A DNA stretch of 64,000 nt, taken from a virus. This document shows positions 26,952 to 40,200 of the stretch, one piece after another. Where the stretch lies: positions 1 through 64,000 of the IMG/VR virus record IMGVR_UViG_3300023180_000036; one strand, 5' to 3'. A program made the position numbers and the translations under genes. Every line of letters begins with the position of its first letter. Within the stretch, counting starts at the first letter, position 1. The notes under the pieces are model-generated. The model did not search any database, was not told the DNA's origin, and worked only from the letters and a program-made list of their open reading frames with translations.

Positions 26952-28031
26952 ATGCCAATTGTTCTTAGAAACAGTAAAAACTCTGCTCTAACACACTCGG
27001 AGCTTGACGGAAACTTTACGGATCTTGATACTCGAGTTAATTCAAAAGCAGATTCATCTACTATTACAGGAATAGTAGATCAAGATTATATTAGAAATAG
27101 ACAGATTACATATTTGGATTCTGTTGATATTACATCAAGGATTACATCACTTATTGATTCTAATTATATACAAACAAGACAAAATACTTATGATAATGCA
27201 GATGTTAATACTCACTTAAATCTTGGTAATGCTGCTCCTAATCAAATTCTTAGTTGGACAGGTGCAGACTTTGATTGGATTAATCAGACATCAGGAACTG
27301 GTGGAGGAATTGATTCTGCTGTAGTTATTAATATTGTAGATTCAGCATATATTCAAGCTAGACAACAGACAGCAGTAACTTATACAAATTCAGATGTTGA
27401 CACTCATCTAAACACAAGCACCGCAAGCGCAAATGAAATTTTAAGTTGGACTGGTACTGATTATGATTGGGTAGCACAGTCGGGTGGTGGTAGCGGATTG
27501 GATTCTGCGGGTGTTGCTTCTTATTTGAATGGAGGTTGGAACTTTCATCTTATTCCTGATACAAATTCTACTTATGATATCGGCAGCGCAGAATATAAGG
27601 TAAGACACTTATATTTAAGTGATAATAGTTTATATTTCGACTCTGGTCAGACTAGTATAGGATTTGAAACTATAGGAACTAGTAAAAATCTTAAATTTAA
27701 TAATAATGTAGTAAAAGAAGCATCTCATACCGAAGAAGCAGGCGGACCAGTTGATATAAGTAAAACAAACCATTTTGTTACTACAGGAGCTACATATGAC
27801 CTTCCAAATGGAGAGTATGTAGGACAAGAATTAAAATTCTGGCATAAAACACAAGGCGGAACAAACATAGTTAGAGTGAATGTGCTTAATGCAAAATGGA
27901 GAAATGGTGGTGGAGTACTAAGTACTATTCCTAATATGTTATGGGATCAAGATAAAACAAATACTGCATGCTATGGCTGCATCTGGGATGGTGAAGCTTG
28001 GATTATTGGAGAAGGTTCATTAGGAGCATAA
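26952..28031 (+). CDS. Fibre-like virion protein inserted between gp15 and gp16
   Basis: LTHSELDGNF N-terminus, duplicated DVNTHLN..ILSWTG unit, PDTNSTYDIGS. Confidence 0.65.
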   Translation: MPIVLRNSKNSALTHSELDGNFTDLDTRVNSKADSSTITGIVDQDYIRNRQITYLDSVDITSRITSLIDSNYIQTRQNTYDNADVNTHLNLGNAAPNQILSWTGADFDWINQTSGTGGGIDSAVVINIVDSAYIQARQQTAVTYTNSDVDTHLNTSTASANEILSWTGTDYDWVAQSGGGSGLDSAGVASYLNGGWNFHLIPDTNSTYDIGSAEYKVRHLYLSDNSLYFDSGQTSIGFETIGTSKNLKFNNNVVKEASHTEEAGGPVDISKTNHFVTTGATYDLPNGEYVGQELKFWHKTQGGTNIVRVNVLNAKWRNGGGVLSTIPNMLWDQDKTNTACYGCIWDGEAWIIGEGSLGA

Positions 28032-28032
28032 C

Positions 28033-28401
28033 GTGAGTGAAGATAGAGTAGATGATGACTTCGAATATTCAAGAAGAACTTATTATGATCTAATAGAAAA
28101 AGGTCAGGGTGCTCTTGAAGAGATGATGGAAGTCGCTAAGCAACTGGAACATCCCAGAGCATTTGAAGTTGTATCTGGGATGATTAAAAATATATCAGAC
28201 GTAAATGATAGACTTATGGATCTTCATAAGAAAAAGAAAGATTATTTAAAAAAAGACGAACCTAAACAGGTTGAAGGAACAACCAATAATAATCTTTTTG
28301 TTGGTTCTACCGTAGAACTGCAACGTATGCTTCAAGATATGAATAAAAAACAAGATAATGTAATTGATATTACGGACAGATTAAGAGATGAATCAGAGTG
28401 A
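28033..28401 (+). CDS. gp16: Terminase small subunit
   Basis: EHPRAFEV and NNLFVGST; synteny. Confidence 0.9.
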   Translation: MSEDRVDDDFEYSRRTYYDLIEKGQGALEEMMEVAKQLEHPRAFEVVSGMIKNISDVNDRLMDLHKKKKDYLKKDEPKQVEGTTNNNLFVGSTVELQRMLQDMNKKQDNVIDITDRLRDESE

Positions 28402-29980
28402 AAGTTACCTCGGTAACCCAAACGTAAAACGTGATGGTATTGTTCAGCAGTGGACTCAAGAACAGATAAATGAGTATGTAAAGTGTTCTCAAGATTCTTC
28501 ATACTTTGCAAAAAATTACTGTAAAATTATATCGCTTGATAAAGGATTAGTGCCTTTTATTTTATATCCATATCAAGAGAAAATGTTTAAACATTTTAAT
28601 GATAATAGATTTTCAATAGTTCTTGCTTGTCGGCAATCGGGTAAATCTATTTCTTCTGTTGCTTATTTGCTTTGGTTTGCATTATTTCATCCCGAAAAAA
28701 CTATTGCAATTATGGCAAATAAAGGTGCTACTGCAAGAGAAATGCTTAGTAGAATTACTCTTATGCTTGAAAACTTACCGTTCTTTTTACAACCTGGATG
28801 TAAAGCACTTAATAAAGGATCTATAGAATTTAGTAATAATTCAAGAATAGTTGCAGCTGCTACATCTGGTTCTTCTATTCGTGGTATGTCTGTTAATCTT
28901 TTATATCTTGATGAATTTGCTTTTGTGGAACGAGCAAATGAATTTTATACTTCAACATATCCTGTTGTTTCATCTGGTAAAGATACAAAAGTAATTATTA
29001 CCTCCACTGCTAATGGTATTGGTAATGTATTTCATAAGATATGGGAAGGTGCTACTCAAGGAGTTAATGAATATAAATCATTTAGAGTAGATTGGTGGGA
29101 TGTTCCTGGAAGAGATAAAGAATGGGCAAAGCAAACTATTGCTAATACCTCTCAGTTACAGTTTGATCAAGAATTTGGAAATACATTCTTCGGCACAGGA
29201 GATACTCTTATTGGTGCTGAAACTTTATTATCTTTAAGAAGAAAAGATCCTATCCAAATAACAAAGGAAGGTGTTAAAATATATGAAAAACCTGTAAAAG
29301 GTCATCAATACATTATGACTGTAGATGTTGCAAAGGGTAGAGGTCAAGATTATTCGACTTTTAATTTACTCGATGTGACGGCTAATCCATTTAAACAGGT
29401 TGCAGTCTATCGCAACAATACTATTTCTCCATTACTCTACCCAAATATTATTTATAAATTTGCAACCTCTTATAATGAAGCTATGGTGGTAATTGAATCA
29501 AATGATGCAGGACAAGTTGTCTGTAATGGTCTATACCACGAATTAGAATATGAAAATATGTTTGTTGAGTCAACCGTAAAAGCTAATTCTCTTGGATTAC
29601 TTATGACTAGAAAAGTTAAACGTATTGGTTGTTCTTCTTTTAAAGATTTGTTGGAAAACCAAAAAATAGAAATAGTCGATGAAAATACTATACTTGAAAT
29701 ATCTACATTTGTTGCAAAAGGTCAGTCATATGAAGCATCTCAAGGTAATCACGATGATTTAGTAATGAATTTTATTATGTTTAGTTATTTTAGCGGAACA
29801 ATATTTTTTAATGAAATAACAGATATTAACATTAAAAAAATGATGTTTGAAGAAAGAATGAAAGAAATTGAAGATGATATATTACCATTTGGATTTATAG
29901 ATGATGGATTAGATCAGCAACCACAATATGATCCAGAAAGAGAAGGATGGGCTGTTGAGTATAGTCATGAAAACTTCTAA
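28388..29980 (+). CDS. gp17: Terminase large subunit
   Basis: CRQSGKS Walker A, YLDEFAF Walker B, HDDLVM. Confidence 0.96.
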   Translation: MNQSESYLGNPNVKRDGIVQQWTQEQINEYVKCSQDSSYFAKNYCKIISLDKGLVPFILYPYQEKMFKHFNDNRFSIVLACRQSGKSISSVAYLLWFALFHPEKTIAIMANKGATAREMLSRITLMLENLPFFLQPGCKALNKGSIEFSNNSRIVAAATSGSSIRGMSVNLLYLDEFAFVERANEFYTSTYPVVSSGKDTKVIITSTANGIGNVFHKIWEGATQGVNEYKSFRVDWWDVPGRDKEWAKQTIANTSQLQFDQEFGNTFFGTGDTLIGAETLLSLRRKDPIQITKEGVKIYEKPVKGHQYIMTVDVAKGRGQDYSTFNLLDVTANPFKQVAVYRNNTISPLLYPNIIYKFATSYNEAMVVIESNDAGQVVCNGLYHELEYENMFVESTVKANSLGLLMTRKVKRIGCSSFKDLLENQKIEIVDENTILEISTFVAKGQSYEASQGNHDDLVMNFIMFSYFSGTIFFNEITDINIKKMMFEERMKEIEDDILPFGFIDDGLDQQPQYDPEREGWAVEYSHENF

Positions 29981-29991
29981 ACTCATTTTTA

Positions 29992-29999
29992 TATAAATA
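29992..29999 (+). promoter_or_regulatory. T4 late promoter
   Basis: TATAAATA upstream of gp18. Confidence 0.8.
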
Positions 30000-30067
30000 C
30001 TATTAATTGAAAAAAAACGTATTATGGAATAGCTTATAATTTACCAAAATGGAAAAAGGAAAGAGAC

Positions 30068-32122
30068 ATGGCTTTATATACAGCATCAGAGTCTCCGGCA
30101 ATTATTACTCGTGAAGTTGACCTAACTAACGGAGTCCCAAACGTACCTACATCAACCGGGGTATTAGTAGGAGATTTTCGCTGGGGTCCTGTAAATCAGC
30201 CGGTACTCGTTAACAACGAAGCAACTCTTGCAAGTAAATTTGGAAATCCTGATCAAGACGAAGATAGAGCAGTAGATTTCCTTAGTGCATCGAGTTACTT
30301 ACAATATTCAGATGATCTTTATGTCATTAGAGCAATCACAAAATCTACAGCTACTGGCGGAGCACAAATTCCAGCAGTACTTACTGCAACAACCGCAAAT
30401 GGTATTATTACTGCAGTTTCTGTAGCACCAAATGGCGGTTATACTTCTGAACCAACAGTTACAATTTCAGCACCAGATTCTGGCGAAACTCCAGTATTTA
30501 CTGTAGTTTATGACGCAGTAAATGATGAAATTGATTCAATTACTGTACTTAATGATTCAGACGGTCAAGGTAATATTACCTATAGATACGATACTCCACC
30601 AGTATTTACAATTACTGGAGGCGGAAGAGAAACGGTTGCAATTAATGCATATGATGCCACAAACACACCAGAAACATTACCTGTTGTAGAAAATCGTGAT
30701 GGTTGGGATGCAGACAAATCAGGTCATGCAAACAACAATCATCTTACCATTGCTAAATGGCCTGGTGAACTAGGAAACTCATTAAAAGTTTGCTATTGTG
30801 GTGCTAATGATTCAGATTTCACTAACTGGACTTATACTGCAAGCGCTGGTCAAACAATTAATTTAAGTTCATATTTTACTGGAGCTCCAGGAACATCACA
30901 ATTTGCAGCCGATAGAGGTGCTTCAAATGATGAAGTTCATGTTGTTGTAATTGATGAAGATGGTGAATTTACTGGCGTTCCCAATAGAGTACTTGAAGTT
31001 TTCCCATTCTTATCTCTTGCATCAAATGCAAAAACAGAACAGGGTACGGTAAATTATGCACCTGATGTTGTTGCTAAAAGTTCAAGTTATATTTGGATTG
31101 CTAAAATGCCAGCAGCATTTGGTTCAAATGCAGGTACTGCAACAACTAATGGTAAAAATTATGCAGGGCCCGGAGTTTTAACACATTCTACAAGTCTTGT
31201 AAATGGTTCAAATTCGGGAAGTATAAGTTCTGCTGAATATGCAACAGCATTTGCAACAGTAAATGATCCAAATAATATATCTGTAGATTTCTTAATTGCT
31301 CCAGGTATGGGTAGTGCATCAGAACAACAAACTGTAGTAAACAATATGGTATCTATTGCAGAAAACGATAGAAAAGACTGTGTAGTTGTTACGTCTCCAA
31401 ACAGAGCTGCAATAATAGGAAGTGCTAATCCTAGAACAGATATTATTGCTGCACAATCTAGTAATGTATTTACTCGTAGTTCATATCTATTTGCAGATTC
31501 AAATTATCTTAAGGTATATGATAAATTTAATGATAGATATATCTTCATACCTGCTGCAGCTTCAACTGCTGGTATTATGGCAGCTTCAGATAATGATACA
31601 GCACCTTGGTTTTCACCCGCTGGAACAAGAAGAGGAAGATACTTTGGTGTAACATCTCTGGCATATAACCCAGATAAATCTGATAGAGATGAACTATATA
31701 AAGCTGGATTTAATCCAATTGCAAATATTCCAGGGCAAGGAATTACTTTATATGGTGATAAAACTCATCTATCAAGACCTTCTGCATTTGATAGAATTAA
31801 TGTTCGTAGATTGTTCCTTACTCTCGAAAGAGCAATATCTTCGGCCGCTCAAAATATTCTCTTTGAATTCAATGATGAATTTACAAGAGCTGAGTTTGTA
31901 AATATTGTAGAACCAGTTCTTAGAAATATTCAGGGCAGAAGAGGTATTACTGATTTTAAACTTGTGTGTGATGAAACTAATAATACACCAGAAATAGTTG
32001 ACACAAATCAGTTCATAGCAAATATCTTCATTAAACCCGCAAGATCGATCAACTTCATTACTCTTAATTTTGTAGCGGTAAGATCTGGCGTTTCTTTTGA
32101 AGAAGTCGTCGGCGCAGTATAA
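30068..32122 (+). CDS. gp18: Tail sheath protein
   Basis: WFSPAG, FDRINVRRLF and KPARSINFI. Confidence 0.96.
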   Translation: MALYTASESPAIITREVDLTNGVPNVPTSTGVLVGDFRWGPVNQPVLVNNEATLASKFGNPDQDEDRAVDFLSASSYLQYSDDLYVIRAITKSTATGGAQIPAVLTATTANGIITAVSVAPNGGYTSEPTVTISAPDSGETPVFTVVYDAVNDEIDSITVLNDSDGQGNITYRYDTPPVFTITGGGRETVAINAYDATNTPETLPVVENRDGWDADKSGHANNNHLTIAKWPGELGNSLKVCYCGANDSDFTNWTYTASAGQTINLSSYFTGAPGTSQFAADRGASNDEVHVVVIDEDGEFTGVPNRVLEVFPFLSLASNAKTEQGTVNYAPDVVAKSSSYIWIAKMPAAFGSNAGTATTNGKNYAGPGVLTHSTSLVNGSNSGSISSAEYATAFATVNDPNNISVDFLIAPGMGSASEQQTVVNNMVSIAENDRKDCVVVTSPNRAAIIGSANPRTDIIAAQSSNVFTRSSYLFADSNYLKVYDKFNDRYIFIPAAASTAGIMAASDNDTAPWFSPAGTRRGRYFGVTSLAYNPDKSDRDELYKAGFNPIANIPGQGITLYGDKTHLSRPSAFDRINVRRLFLTLERAISSAAQNILFEFNDEFTRAEFVNIVEPVLRNIQGRRGITDFKLVCDETNNTPEIVDTNQFIANIFIKPARSINFITLNFVAVRSGVSFEEVVGAV

Positions 32123-32137
32123 TAGGGGTATATAAAA

Positions 32138-32683
32138 ATGGCAATTTTAGGCGTAAATGATTTTAAATCAAAACTTAGAGGTGGAGGCGCACGCCCAAAT
32201 CTCTTTCAAGTAATATTAACTTTCCCGGCTTATGTTACCGGGGACGTTGAACTTGCATCATTCTTAATTAAAGCTGCTCAGATGCCGGCTTCAACTATGG
32301 GAACAATTCCAGTACCATATAGAGGGCGTCAATTGCAGATAGCTGGAGATAGAGTATTTGAGCCATGGACAGTTACTGTTATTAACGACACTGATTTTAA
32401 AATTAGACAGTCAATGGAACAGTGGATGAATGGTATAAATGCACATCAAGCAAATACTGGTCTTACTAATCCAGCAGATTATCAAGTTGATGCTGCAGTA
32501 CAGCAGTTGGATAAAGATGCTTCTGTTCTATATGAATACAGATTTAGAGGTATTTTCCCAACGGCAATTTCTTCAATTGATCTATCTTATGAAAATGTAG
32601 ATACTATTGAAGAATTTGGTGTGGAGTTCCAACTTCAATATTGGGAGAGTATTACTCCTGATGGGTCTACAGTAACTACTTAA
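32138..32683 (+). CDS. gp19: Tail tube protein
   Basis: GARPNLF, AGDRVFEPWTVT and IEEFGVEF. Confidence 0.95.
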   Translation: MAILGVNDFKSKLRGGGARPNLFQVILTFPAYVTGDVELASFLIKAAQMPASTMGTIPVPYRGRQLQIAGDRVFEPWTVTVINDTDFKIRQSMEQWMNGINAHQANTGLTNPADYQVDAAVQQLDKDASVLYEYRFRGIFPTAISSIDLSYENVDTIEEFGVEFQLQYWESITPDGSTVTT

Positions 32684-32703
32684 AAGTTGAATAAATATAA
32701 TTT

Positions 32704-32731
32704 GGTTAGGGGAAAAATTCCCCTAACCTTT
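32704..32731 (+). terminator. Hairpin between gp19 and gp20
   Basis: GGTTAGGGGAA-AAA-TTCCCCTAACC followed by TTT. Confidence 0.6.
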
Positions 32732-32750
32732 ATATAGTTAAAGGATAGTT

Positions 32751-34268
32751 ATGGCAGATAATTCAATTAAGCTTTTTGGATTTGAAATCAAAAGGGCTAA
32801 CTCATCTGAAAAAGCACAGCAGAAAATTAAATCGGTTGTTCCTCAAACCGATGATGATGGTGCTGGTTATATTACTGCTTCCGGTAGTCATTTTGGTCAA
32901 TATTTAGATATAGACGGAAGTTCTGCAAAAGATAATTATCAGATGATAAGAAAATATCGTGGTGTTGCAGTACATCCAGAAGTAGATAATGCTATTGAAG
33001 ATATTGTTAATGAAGCGATTGTTGGTGATGAAGATATAGAACCTATTAGTCTTACACTTGAAGATGTTGAATTTCCAGAAAATGTTAAAAAACAAATACA
33101 AGAAGAATTTGAAAATATTCTTGGTATGTTAAATTTTTCAGAAAACGGACACGATATATTTAGAAGATGGTATATTGATGGTAGATTATATCATCATTTA
33201 GTAGTTGATGAAAAAAATGAAAAAGCTGGAATACAGGACATTAGATTTATAGACGCTTTAAAAATTCGTAAAATGAAAGAGGTAAAAAAGAAAAAAGACC
33301 CTCTTACAAATGCGGATATTATAGAAAGTGTAAAAGAGTATTATGTTTATCAAGAAAGACCAGGTCAAGAAAGACAAGCAGTAAAGTTTACTCTTGATTC
33401 TATCAGTTATGTAACATCAGGACTATTAGATGAAACTCGTAAAAAAGTAGTATCTCATTTACATAAATGTATTAAACCAATTAATCAGTTAAGAATGATG
33501 GAAGACTCGCTTGTCATTTATAGACTTGCTAGAGCACCAGAACGTAGAATTTTTTATATTGATGTAGGTAACTTACCAAAAGGTAAAGCTGAAGAATACA
33601 TGAAAAATATTATGACCAAATATCGTAATAAATTAGTATATGACGCTCAAAATGGAGAACTAAGAGATGACCGTAAACATATGTCTATGTTGGAAGATTT
33701 TTGGTTACCTCGTAGAGAAGGTGGTAGAGGTACTGAAATCTCTACTTTACCAGGAGGAGAAAATCTTGGTCAGATAGATGACATAGTTTATTTCCAAAAA
33801 CGTGTTTATCGTGCATTAAACGTTCCTATTAATAGATTAGAACAGGAAGCACAATTTTCTCTCGGACGTTCAACAGAAATATCAAGAGACGAAGTTAAAT
33901 TTCAAAAATTTATTGATAGACTTCGTAAAAAATTTAGTCACTTATTCTTAGGAATCTTAAAAAAACAGCTTATTTTAAAAAAGATCATTACCGACTCTGA
34001 TTGGGATAATCACAAAATACATTTTAAAATTGATTATGCAAGAGATAATTATTTTGCAGAATCTAAAGAAAGTGAAATATTAAAAGATCGAATTCAAACT
34101 CTTGATATGATGCAACAGTATGTTGGAGAATATTATACTAAAGATTGGGTTATGAGAAATGTTCTAAAGTTTACCGAAGAAGAAATGAAAGAAATGGAAC
34201 AAGACGTAGATGATGAAAATCAAGAAAAAGCAGATGAGATAGATAATATTGAATCTGATAACACATAG
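32751..34268 (+). CDS. gp20: Portal protein
   Basis: RAPERRIFYIDVGNLPK and EDFWLPRREGGRGTEI. Confidence 0.97.
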   Translation: MADNSIKLFGFEIKRANSSEKAQQKIKSVVPQTDDDGAGYITASGSHFGQYLDIDGSSAKDNYQMIRKYRGVAVHPEVDNAIEDIVNEAIVGDEDIEPISLTLEDVEFPENVKKQIQEEFENILGMLNFSENGHDIFRRWYIDGRLYHHLVVDEKNEKAGIQDIRFIDALKIRKMKEVKKKKDPLTNADIIESVKEYYVYQERPGQERQAVKFTLDSISYVTSGLLDETRKKVVSHLHKCIKPINQLRMMEDSLVIYRLARAPERRIFYIDVGNLPKGKAEEYMKNIMTKYRNKLVYDAQNGELRDDRKHMSMLEDFWLPRREGGRGTEISTLPGGENLGQIDDIVYFQKRVYRALNVPINRLEQEAQFSLGRSTEISRDEVKFQKFIDRLRKKFSHLFLGILKKQLILKKIITDSDWDNHKIHFKIDYARDNYFAESKESEILKDRIQTLDMMQQYVGEYYTKDWVMRNVLKFTEEEMKEMEQDVDDENQEKADEIDNIESDNT

Positions 34269-34285
34269 CTCAAAGTTTTTAGATA

Positions 34286-37200
34286 ATGTATGATTTAATA
34301 ACCTATACAACAAATAAAGGGCAAAGTGGAACACTAGATCCGTCTAGTTCGCCAAGTATTATAACAAGAACGATTGATTTTGATACAGTCTGGATTGATC
34401 TTTCTGTAGATTTAGAACAATCACCAAATCCAGAATATATTCGTGGTTGGTTTTTTGAACTTAATGAATTACCTGGATATAGTTTTTATCCAAATTCATC
34501 TGCAATTCAAACTGGATTAAATCCTCCAGAAAAAAGAATATTTACATCAAATCAGAAAATTAGATTATACATAGATTTAAATACTATGTTACAACTTGAT
34601 GGTTTAAGACCTCATGACTTTGTTTTATCTACAGTTGTTGCAACATCAGAAGAAAATTTAAAAAGAGGAAATTGGATAGAAACTAATCGTTCCGATTTAT
34701 TTTTTACCATATATGCAAATGGTAATCCTCCTGTGGAATTTTTGGATGTATTACCAGAAACTTTATTTGAATCAGATTTCGGAGAACCAACAAGAAGTCT
34801 TACTATAGACTCTGCCTATATTAATGGGATGAGGGTTGACTCTGCACATATTAGACACTTAGCATATGTAAATCTCTTAGAAGGCGATTCTGCTTATTTT
34901 ACTAATGTTACAACTAATAAAATATTAACAGATTTGTTATCTGCAAATATTAATAGTGATATATCTATTTTATCTAATCTTAATATAGATTCTAATAAAA
35001 TAATAGGTATAGGATCAGAAAATAGTGGTAATGTATTAGATTTAGACTATGATGAACCAACAGATAGAAATAATAGTATAGCTCTAACTTCAGTTCAATC
35101 TATTCATAATTTTTTAGATGTGAATAATAGTGAAGATAGTAATTATTGGGCTTTATATAATAATTTAAATGCATATAGTGATTCAATTAATAGAAATAAT
35201 GCAATATTTTTAATTGATGAAGATGGTACTGTTACAGCAAAAGCTATAAATGTAAATCAGTATATTTTAGACAGTGATGGATTAAAATGGTCTAATGATA
35301 GTAATGCAAGAATATATTATGATAGTAATTTAAAATTATGGAAAATAGAACCTGGTTTATTTGAGATAGTAGATTCAGAACAAATTATTGAAAATAATCC
35401 TCTTTTATCTATTATATCAACTGGGAGAGACGGTCAGTTTTTATCTTTTGCAGAATCAGCAGAATCTTATTATTTAGATTATGCATTAAAAACCGGAAGA
35501 TTTATAATAGATGAACAAACTTTGGCAGAGGAAAAAGATTATATTCCTGATACAGAATTAGAGTCTATGGATTCTAATGCTAAGTACATATATTATGATC
35601 GGTTTAGTAGATTTTCGCATCTTTATGATCAAGGAGTTACATTTCCACTTACTGATTCTGATGCTCAACTTTTAGATTCTGATGCTCAAGTTTTAAGATA
35701 TGATGAAACAACAAATTCAATATATGGCGATTTTGCTACAACGGCTTTTTCTGGAATTATATCTCCTAAAAGATATGATACTTATAGAGTAAAAGCAACG
35801 TTTAATTCAACCACACCTACTGATTTTCCTATATTTTTAGTAGTTGCTCAATTAAAAATACGGGGAAAAGAATATACAATTAGTGCGTTCAGAAGACCTA
35901 AAGGAACTTTACAAACTTATGGAGATTATTTAGAAACTGGACAAATAATTACAGAACCTCCTTCATGGGGTTTAGTTTATAATTTTGGTCAAAAAGATGC
36001 ATACTATTTTGATTTTGATTGGGTATCAAGAGGATCTGCACCGGCACCTGTTACACCAAATTTTGAAGGTGAAAGTACAAGCGATTGGGTTTCTTCTGGT
36101 CAGACAACTGTTTTTGCAGAAAAGGTTGGAAATGTAATAAGTGTTGTAACAAATCAGTTTGGTGATACTAATATTGAAAATTTTGAATTTAGAACTGGAA
36201 TTGAATTAGATATTGAAAAAGCAATTGCTAACGGCAAAACTTTTCTTGCACCATTTTTAAATGCAGAAACTTCTTATGGTTTTGGTGTTAAAGGGCAGAG
36301 TGGTGTTATTATATCAGATATAGCATTTGAAACAGAAGATCCTGAAAAGTATATATTTGATTTAAAAAATGATATAGTTTATACTTATATTTCCGAAAGA
36401 AATTTAACAGAAGGAAATTATCCTACAGTACCAGTTTTAGTTGAAAATGCGGGCTATTATGCTTTGGATAGTAGTGTTGGTGTTAGCGATATTATGAAAA
36501 CAGGAAGATTCTTTTATAATGAAAGAACTAAGACACTATTTTGGAAAGATCCAGATAATACATATAAACTTATACAGGAAGTAGATTTAAATAGAGACTT
36601 TTTAGGTAAATATATTGAACTAAGAGGCACAGGTTTAAATAATAATTCACCAGCATATCTTTATATTAATAATGAACCTGATTATTTTGAATTTGATGAA
36701 AATCCAATTTTTTTAAATGGTTACCATGGCCATGGTAGAGGTTTGAATCTCACTATATTTGGAAATGATGGTACTAAAATTTCTTCTAATACTTATGATA
36801 CTCATGGCGATTCTGCTAATTCCACATTACTAGCAGATGCTATAAACAATATGTCTAATGGTCAAATTGGAGCAATAACTTCTTATGACGCTTGGATTTC
36901 TAATGTAAATGATAAATTAAAAACTGCAGCATTAAGTCAAGGTTTAATGAAATTTTATAATGCACCAAAATTTCCAATTAGAAATCCCTATGCAGCAGTA
37001 TTTCAAAAAACTGGAAGCGAAACTCCTAGATCACATGAAACAACTTCTGGAGATTCATCACTATCACCACATGCAGATTTAAGTTTTCATATTACAAGAG
37101 GAACTTTCCATACTTATGGTCCAGAACAGCCAAATTCTTTATCGGCTTGGAATGGAAAAAAAGAAGCATGGATAGATGAAAACCATAATACAAAAATTAA

Positions 37201-40200
37201 TCAAACTCTTATGCTTACAGAAGGTAGACGTAAGGGCATGGCTTTTGAGGAAACTTCTTTTACTTCTACCGGTATTAATGAAGATAGTGCTAGAATATAT
37301 CTTACTTCAGAAGAAGATTCTCAAAGAACATTAGTTATCAGAGTTGGAGATGATTTAAATGATAAGATAGCATTTGAAGTTCCGGATATAGATGGTGTTT
37401 TACAGAACGGATTTATTAATTTTCATAGAGGAAATTTACATATAGTATATGATCAAACACCGCAATTAGGAGGTGATCTTGATGTACAAGACTTTAGAAT
37501 TTATAAAGATTCATTAGCATTTGAATTATTCGATCTAGGCTATTCTTTAGGTAAAGGCGATAATAGTATAGCTACAGCTTCACGTCAAAGCATCTTTAAT
37601 TTTATAGATAAAAATGATAATGAAACGGATAATTTTTTTGGTATCTTTTCAAATAAAGAACCACTAATAGAAGCAACTACTGTTAATGATGCAATATTTG
37701 CTGTTATGGAAGACGGTTCCGTTATATTTAATTTTGCTAATGCTGGAACAGGACCAACAGAAATAGGCGGATCAACAGGTAGACAGACTGGGCTAACAAC
37801 AGATGATGTACCAGAAGGACCTTCAGGATTAAATCTTTATTTTGATTCGGCAAGAGTTTTTCTTGCATTAAAATATGAAAATAATAATGCTAATACTTCA
37901 TATGATGCTAACGGCGGTGGTATAGGTAATATCACAGTAGATCAAGCAAATAAAACCCTTAAATTTGACGGCATTACTAATACTGACGGTTTGCCCGAAG
38001 GTTCTACTAATCTTTATTTTACTGATGAAAGAGCACAAGATGCAGTTGGTAGTATTATGTCTGGAGATGACGATATATCGGTTGTCTACGACGACGGAGC
38101 TAATACTATTGCAATAACATCAACACTTACTCAAGAAACAGTATTTGGATTACAGAGTAAGTATTCTTTAACTTCTGCAGGCGGTGGTGCATTAGGTCAA
38201 GTTAAATTAAACATTGACTCAAACGGAATTCAAAGAAGTGAAATAGTAAATATTAGAGGCACAAACGGAATTAATGTAAGTGGAGACTCAAATTATATTA
38301 CAGTCGATGCTTCAGATTTAGTAAAAAATTATAATATTTTAAGTGATAACTTATCTAATGGTGCAGAATTAATTTTAAGAGAAACGGATATTAATAATAA
38401 TGCAACAGATGATCAAGTAGCATTTATAGGAACTGAAGGTATTTCAATATCACAAACTAATGGTAATAGTATTACAATATCTGGAATTGATCTTCAAGCA
38501 GTAAGCAGAATAACAGCCACAGAAAACGGGAATCAAAAATTTATAACTTTAATTGATTCAAGTCCTGTTGCCGGAGTTACTACAACTAATTTATTAGTTA
38601 CTGGAGCAAATGGTTTAGAAGTTGATGTAGATAGTAATGGAGCCGGTACAACTACTCTTGATTTTAGTGCAGCTGCTTTACAAATTACTTCTACACTTCA
38701 AGCTGATAGTTATGAAAAAATTATTTTTACAGAAACTGATGCCGATGGAAACACTTCATCACAATTTATAAGATTTGTAGGTGATGGTGGTATGAGTATT
38801 ACCTCTAGAGGTCCACAAGGGACTGATGATGGACAAATAACTATAAGTGCAGCTAGTATGCACCACCCCAATACTACCTACGTAACTAATTTTGCAACAC
38901 CGATTTTAAATCCTACTAATATAGTCGATTTTAACTTAATACACGAAGGACCCGATAGTGGAGAAAATACAACACTAAAAATTAAATCTAAGGACGGAAT
39001 TTTAGTAGAAGAATCGAATGGTGAACTGGTTATTGGTGCAATAGTCCAGATTGAACAAATTAATAATGAAACAATATCTTTTGAAACTAATGGAGATAGT
39101 GGTATTTCTTTTGGTTCTACAACTTCATTTACTACAAATAGTTCAACATCAGAAACCATACAAGTTAATCATGGTGCTACAGGTTCTGGCACTACGGTTG
39201 CAACAAATAATAGTGGTCAAACAGTTATACAAAATATTACAGTTGATAAATTTGGTCATATACAATCTACAAGTAATGCTACAGTAGCAGGTCAATATTT
39301 AATGAGTGCAACTGATGCTAATAATGATCCGGTTATTAGATTAGATACTCAAGCTAATGGACAAAGTGGTTCTGCAGAAGATGTTATAATTGAAGGGCAG
39401 GGTGCGGTAAAAATTTCAGTTGGTACTGGTGGAACAGATAAAATTATAATAAGAGTTGATAGTAGTGATTTTGCAAATATAGCATTTAATGACTTAACTG
39501 ATGGTAATTCGACTAACACATCAAATAGTAATACTGGCCATGATGTAACTCTTGGAAATCTTAATCACGTAGGACATGTTCCTGCATGGGACGGGACAAA
39601 CTTTACAACGCGTAAACTAGCTTTCAACGGTCACGATATTACAGATCTGGATGTAGGTGGTGTGGCTTTTGAAGAAGTTTTAGCTTGGGTTGGACCAAAT
39701 TATCCTGTTGGTGGAGGTCAAAATGCTTGGAGAAATGCAGCTCTAAGCGATTTACTTGATATACCATCCAGTATTGATGATTTAAGTGATGTAGATACAA
39801 CTACAACAGCACCAACAAATGGTCAAGCACTAGTTTGGGATGGATCGAACTTTGTACCAGGTGATGTTGCAGCTTCGTTAGCTATGAATGATCTTACAGA
39901 TGTTAGCACATCAAGCATAACTGATGGTCAAGTTTTGATTTATCAAAGTTCATCTTCTAGCTTCATTCCGGGTGATGCAGGAAATACTTACACCGCAGGT
40001 GATGGATTGGATCTATCTGTAAGCAACGAATTTAGTTTAGATATTAAAGCAAACATGGGTTTGGTTATTGATAATACAGAGTTATCAATTGACACTACTG
40101 TTAAAACCGATAATATACAAGCTCAAACAGCAAGTTCTTCAGTTACATTATCAAACTCTGGTGGAAATACTAAGTTAGAAATTACAAATGATGGTGGCTT